Origin: an uncultured virus (IMG/VR IMGVR_UViG_3300036716_001108) | Lineage: Duplodnaviria > Heunggongvirae > Uroviricota > Caudoviricetes | Strand: one strand, 5' to 3' | IMG/VR virus record: IMGVR_UViG_3300036716_001108 | Length of the DNA stretch: 64,000 nucleotides | Shown here: positions 59,908 to 64,000 of the stretch, piece by piece | Numbering within the stretch: position 1 is the first letter of the stretch | Layout of the letters: each line of letters opens with the position of its first letter | Position numbers and translations under genes: made by a program | Notes under the pieces: model-generated | Seen by the model: only the letters and a program-made list of their open reading frames with translations | Databases searched by the model: none | Told to the model about the DNA's origin: nothing

Positions 59908-61025
59908 CCATCATCTCCGTATGGATTTGGAACATTACTCTCAATATGTTTTTCCTTTTTGAATACAAAGATAGGTTCATACTTTGAACCTGAACCCTCA
60001 CCTTCTCTGGCCATTGTTGATAAATTTAATTTAAGTGTGTTGATATGACTATAACCTATTTTTTTTGCTATTTCTAAAGTACCATTTTCAATATTTTTCC
60101 CACTCGAAGTGTTCGCTATATTCAATAATAAATATCCATTATCTTTCGTAGAATCAAAAGTATTTTGTAAAGTTTGAAATAAAAATCCATCTATCCATTC
60201 TTGTTCTGTTGGAAATTTAATATAACTTTGAGTTGGTTCATCTGCATACTTTTCAGTATTAAAATATGGTGGTGAAGTAAAACATAAATCTACTTTTTCT
60301 TTTGGTTTAAATACTTCACTACCAAGACAATGTAATTCTACTTCTTTACCAAGATAACTAAACTCTTCTTTAATCTTATTCAATCCCTCAAATGTTTTTG
60401 TTGAAGGTTCTGTACCAATATACTTTTTAATTCTTTTAGATGAAAGTGCACCTAATAGTCTTCCACCCCAACCACAACTCATATCCCAAACAACTCCATC
60501 TCCACCGTAAGTTTCATAAATGTATTTTGCAGCAGTAGGACGAAAGTTAGATACGGTTTGTGTTCCACCATATATCTTTATGTTCTGTCTGAATCTATTC
60601 TCTGTCCAATGTGGTTTATCACTATGATTGTAATGCCATTTAATTGTCTTCTTGATAACCTCTTTCAACTTGTCATCATTGTGGAAATTTTCCATTGGTG
60701 TGGTTTTTGCATTACCACAAGGAACTTCCCAAAATTGTGGAAAATAACTCCAAGCCAACCTCAATCCATTCATTGTCTGAGTTATCTCATCACCATCAAG
60801 TATTTGTTCGTGTTTAAAATTCTGTAACTTTCTTATTTGTTCGTGTTTCTCTTCTTCACGAATTGTATAATGTGGGAATCCATTCTTTCTATAATACTTG
60901 AAGATAATCTCAACTGCATCTTCTATTTCTATTTTATCTAAACTACTACATACCTTATGATAATCTAAAGATAACTTATCTTCATCAAGAAATTTACTCA
61001 ATACACTATAGTCTACTGAACTCAT
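59892..61025 (-). CDS. DNA methyltransferase (amino-MTase, SPPY)
   Basis: NFRPTAAK, WDMSCGWGGR, FTSPPYF; paralog of 47825..49054. Confidence 0.85.
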   Translation of the reverse strand: MSSVDYSVLSKFLDEDKLSLDYHKVCSSLDKIEIEDAVEIIFKYYRKNGFPHYTIREEEKHEQIRKLQNFKHEQILDGDEITQTMNGLRLAWSYFPQFWEVPCGNAKTTPMENFHNDDKLKEVIKKTIKWHYNHSDKPHWTENRFRQNIKIYGGTQTVSNFRPTAAKYIYETYGGDGVVWDMSCGWGGRLLGALSSKRIKKYIGTEPSTKTFEGLNKIKEEFSYLGKEVELHCLGSEVFKPKEKVDLCFTSPPYFNTEKYADEPTQSYIKFPTEQEWIDGFLFQTLQNTFDSTKDNGYLLLNIANTSSGKNIENGTLEIAKKIGYSHINTLKLNLSTMAREGEGSGSKYEPIFVFKKEKHIESNVPNPYGDDGWATP

Positions 61026-61207
61026 TCCAAGTTCTCATACATATCATGTACCTTTTTATCATAAAATTCTTTTCTTTTCTTTTCACGATATCTTTCTCGA
61101 GCCTTTGATTTTATCGTATCTGAATTTCTTCTATAATGCTCCATTTGCCATCTCTTTTGAGCTTCTTTTTTTTCCTTTTTTGTTTTATATTTAATTTTTC
61201 TACCCAT
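61022..61207 (-). CDS. Small highly basic protein
   Basis: K/R-rich helix. Confidence 0.55.
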   Translation of the reverse strand: MGRKIKYKTKKEKKEAQKRWQMEHYRRNSDTIKSKARERYREKKRKEFYDKKVHDMYENLE

Positions 61208-61210
61208 TTT

Positions 61211-61384
61211 TTAATACTCCCCTGATTGACAAGTGTAACAGGGGCAATTCCCATACTTATCGGGATCACCTTTGTATTCATTTACATACTCTCTAAAAGT
61301 TTTTATATCTTGTGAACCACCATATTCATATAACCATTTACCATATATGTGTTCTAATTGTTTTTCTGTATAATCTTTATCCAT
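61211..61384 (-). CDS. Small hypothetical protein (57 aa, CPCYTC)
   Basis: Manual translation MDKDYTEKQLEHIYG..GNCPCYTCQSGEY; GGAG RBS. Confidence 0.5.
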   Translation of the reverse strand: MDKDYTEKQLEHIYGKWLYEYGGSQDIKTFREYVNEYKGDPDKYGNCPCYTCQSGEY

Positions 61385-62447
61385 GAGTTTTCTCCGCCAT
61401 GAAATTTAATCTATTAAATGTTGTTGCCAACCAACTATTTAAATTAGGTAGAGCTGTGTATAACTTATCTTCCAAAAACATTTTTTGAAATTTATGTTTA
61501 ATAATTCTTTGGATTGGTTGTTCTAATTGATTCTTAACTCTTAACTTTGAACTGCCAGACATAATACCATCTGTTAAATCCATAAGTTTTTTATTCAAAT
61601 GTAATTGTTCTTCTGAATCACTAATTATTTCACATACTTTATATTTGTCTTTATTTACTTGAGAACTTTTCAATATATCTTCTATTGTAATCTCATGTGG
61701 TGATTCAAGAAATGGAAACACTTTCAATAATGTTTTTAATCCTGCCCCTTTTATTCCTGGTATACCATCTGATTTATCACCATCCAATATTCTATACAAT
61801 AAAAAGTTTTTAGAATTGACTCCATATTCATTTAAGATTCTCTCTTCATCATACATTAATTTTTTTGTAGGTGAATAGACTTTGATATTTTCATCAACTA
61901 ATTGTAGAAAATCTTTATCGGTTGACATTATAGTAGATTTTGAATCTTTGAATAAATGTTTAGCACAATATCCAATCACATCATCTGCTTCTATATTTTC
62001 GATATTGGTAATGGTTAAAGGTAAACACTCAAGATATTCAATCACTCTATTTAATTGAGCAATCATCATCTTGTGTTCATCTTCACGAGTAAGCGAAACA
62101 CCAGTAGTTCTATTCAAACGAACTGACATCTTCCTGCCCATTTTATATTCTGGAAAGATTTTTCTACGGCGGTTAGACCCACCTTTACCATCAAAAACTA
62201 TGATGGTTCGTGTGGGTCTTACCATATTAATAGTATAACCAATTGACCTTAAAAAACCAACTATTCCACCAATGTGGATCCCGTCCTCATTAGTAGTTGG
62301 TATAGCGGAAAAAACTCTAATAAAAGTGTTTAATCCATCAATCAATAAAACCGAGTCATTTGGTTCACCACTATCAACCTTTCCGCCAGATTTTTTTATC
62401 TCTTCGAGTATAGATAAGTGTTTTTGATTAATCACCGATGACCTCAT
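61377..62447 (-). CDS. 5'-3' exonuclease / flap endonuclease (T4 RNase H-like)
   Basis: LIDGLN, VFDG, YKMGR, EADDVI, STDKDFLQ, GDKSDGIPG. Confidence 0.92.
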   Translation of the reverse strand: MRSSVINQKHLSILEEIKKSGGKVDSGEPNDSVLLIDGLNTFIRVFSAIPTTNEDGIHIGGIVGFLRSIGYTINMVRPTRTIIVFDGKGGSNRRRKIFPEYKMGRKMSVRLNRTTGVSLTREDEHKMMIAQLNRVIEYLECLPLTITNIENIEADDVIGYCAKHLFKDSKSTIMSTDKDFLQLVDENIKVYSPTKKLMYDEERILNEYGVNSKNFLLYRILDGDKSDGIPGIKGAGLKTLLKVFPFLESPHEITIEDILKSSQVNKDKYKVCEIISDSEEQLHLNKKLMDLTDGIMSGSSKLRVKNQLEQPIQRIIKHKFQKMFLEDKLYTALPNLNSWLATTFNRLNFMAEKTHG

Positions 62448-63528
62448 CTGTGAACTCTACATCATCAATACCAAGTTTTTCTTGATATTTTAATATAACC
62501 TTATCACAAATGATTTGATACACATATTCTTTTATTTCATCGTTACTCGTAATTAACTCTTCCCAATCTTTAGATAAGAATTTATGTTCTTTACCTTTTC
62601 CATCTGTGAGAGTGTACCATGCACCACCTGATTTAACTAACTTATGTTCTTTAAGTACAGTTAACCATGCACCATAATTATCTATTCCTCTATCGAAGTA
62701 CATATCATAATCGGCATGTCTTAATGGTGGCCCTAATCTATTCTTGACAATCTGAGCTCTACACTTCATTCCCAATACATTTTTATCTGTATCTTTGATT
62801 TGCCCCATATTCTTTAAACGAATACGAGTTGAAGCGTGAAATGGTAATGCTTTTCCACCACTTGTAGTCCAAGGGTCTCCAAACATTACTCCAAGTTTTT
62901 GTCTTAATTGGTTGGTAAATATTAAAGCAATTTTCTCTCTACCAATCATTTGAGTAATCTTTCTCATAGCCTTCGAGATGATAATTGCTTTGGCTGTTGC
63001 CCAACCATCTTTATTAAAGTCCGCTTCTAACTCTACTTTTGTAGTAGCTCCAGCAAGTGAATCAACCATAATTGTTACCAATCTATCTTTATCTGATTCA
63101 CGAACTTTTGTTACGATTTCTTCAATCGCTTCAAAGATATCTTCTACTGTTTCTAAATGTAGATATAACATCTTATCCATTTCAACACCTATTACTTCCA
63201 AAAACTCTTGTGAAACTGAAGTCTCTGTATCTATATAGACAGCGATTCCATCTTTCTTTTGAGTTTCTGCTAATATGTGGGCACCAAGTAGAGATTTACC
63301 ACTTGATTCTAATCCATTGATTTCTGTAATTCTTCCAACTGCAATTCCACCATCTGGTCTATTTGATATAGCCAAATCTAACATGGAACTACCAGTAGAA
63401 ATAAAATCTTTGATATCGGTAGGTGTTGTATCCGTACCATCAAGAAAGTATGCTACTTTAGTATCTTTGAATTTTTTATTTAGTGAGTCGGCTAATGTTT
63501 TAGCCAACACATCATTTACTGATGACAT
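62428..63528 (-). CDS. recA: RecA/UvsX-like recombinase
   Basis: STGSSMLD, GLESSGKS, YIDTE, VDSLA, FTNQLR, GGKALPFHASTR, KNRL. Confidence 0.93.
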   Translation of the reverse strand: MSSVNDVLAKTLADSLNKKFKDTKVAYFLDGTDTTPTDIKDFISTGSSMLDLAISNRPDGGIAVGRITEINGLESSGKSLLGAHILAETQKKDGIAVYIDTETSVSQEFLEVIGVEMDKMLYLHLETVEDIFEAIEEIVTKVRESDKDRLVTIMVDSLAGATTKVELEADFNKDGWATAKAIIISKAMRKITQMIGREKIALIFTNQLRQKLGVMFGDPWTTSGGKALPFHASTRIRLKNMGQIKDTDKNVLGMKCRAQIVKNRLGPPLRHADYDMYFDRGIDNYGAWLTVLKEHKLVKSGGAWYTLTDGKGKEHKFLSKDWEELITSNDEIKEYVYQIICDKVILKYQEKLGIDDVEFTDEVIGD

Positions 63529-63552
63529 TTTTTTCTCCTATCAATAATGTAA

Positions 63553-63614
63553 TTGGGTGGTTAGGCGTACAATAACAGCCAACTCTTGTTCTCAATCTGT
63601 GAACTGCCACCCAA
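63553..63614 (-). other. Structured RNA element between SSB and recA
   Basis: 8-bp stem UUGGGUGG/CCACCCAA enclosing two small hairpins. Confidence 0.5.
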
Positions 63615-63629
63615 GTACGGGGTTCTTAT

Positions 63630-64000
63630 TTATGAATTAAATAGATCATCGAAAGCATCTGATGTATTAGATACTTTAGACTTTTCCAATTCGGATGAAA
63701 CAACAGTATCTACTTTAGTAGTAGATTCCTCTTCTTTTGCATCTTCTTTTGGATTCAACCATTCATTCAAAATCTCTGTCATATCATCATATGACAATTC
63801 TTGATAGATTTCTGTAATGTCCTGTTGTTTCTTTACGACCTCTAAGACTGCTGGATCATCAGAAATAGGTGTTTGATTTGGTTTAACCCTAATATTTGTT
63901 TTAGGGAAACTTGCACCTGTTTCTTCAGCTGATAGAAATTCTACCACGACATCACGACCATTTACTGGGTCTGTGATATCACCATAATCTGGGTCAGCAA
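63630..64000 (-). CDS. Single-stranded DNA-binding protein (gp32-like), C-terminal part
   Basis: ..DPDYGDITDPVNGRD.., acidic tail DAFDDLFNS; upstream of recA; frame open to window edge. Confidence 0.85.
   Translation of the reverse strand, partial: ADPDYGDITDPVNGRDVVVEFLSAEETGASFPKTNIRVKPNQTPISDDPAVLEVVKKQQDITEIYQELSYDDMTEILNEWLNPKEDAKEEESTTKVDTVVSSELEKSKVSNTSDAFDDLFNS

Noticed and set aside
63553..63614. SAM-V riboswitch resemblance (UAUUGUACGCCU)
   Set aside because: The 3' pseudoknot partner strand is missing and the downstream gene is recA
820..63804. Plus-strand ORFs in the track
   Set aside because: Nearly all are antisense shadows of well-supported minus-strand genes and show no recognisable motifs
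1..64000. Stop-codon reassignment
   Set aside because: Conserved genes are full length under the standard code, and TAA, TAG and TGA all end genes
1..64000. Cellular chromosome origin suggested by metK, apt, guaB, GS, clpP and the receptor
   Set aside because: These genes are interleaved with T4-like replication genes, phage-type small ORFs and repeated phage promoters on a single strand

Overview
An AT-rich 64-kb segment of a large, T4-like tailed dsDNA phage, with essentially all genes on the minus strand. The standard genetic code fits the long ORFs. In transcription order (right to left) it contains: (1) a replication/recombination core (gp32-like SSB, RecA/UvsX, 5'-3' exonuclease, DnaB-like helicase, B12-dependent NrdJ, family-B polymerase, sliding clamp, both clamp-loader subunits) interrupted by two SPPY-type DNA methyltransferases, a TonB-dependent receptor and a type II glutamine synthetase; (2) a cassette between the clamp-loader genes built around a putative ATP-grasp protein with two tandem Hint domains, plus a GNAT, an SGNH-like protein, three 2OG-Fe(II) oxygenases and a B12-binding radical SAM enzyme; (3) ClpP, DUF1599, UDP-glucose dehydrogenase, a Cas4-like nuclease and a SLOG protein; (4) a ~19-kb glycan biosynthesis/tailoring locus; (5) many small hypothetical genes; (6) a gene-poor control region at ~8.7-10.4 kb with stacked promoters, a probable ~90-nt sRNA and repeats; (7) a carbamoyltransferase, three tRNAs, IMPDH/GMP reductase and a SAM-cycle cluster (apt, metK, MTA/SAH nucleosidase). 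The best candidates for something undescribed are the ATP-grasp/double-Hint cassette, a compact H-type pseudoknot in the receptor leader with a possible cobalamin-acquisition theme, and the promoter/sRNA control region. All product calls come from motif recognition by eye; no database search was run.
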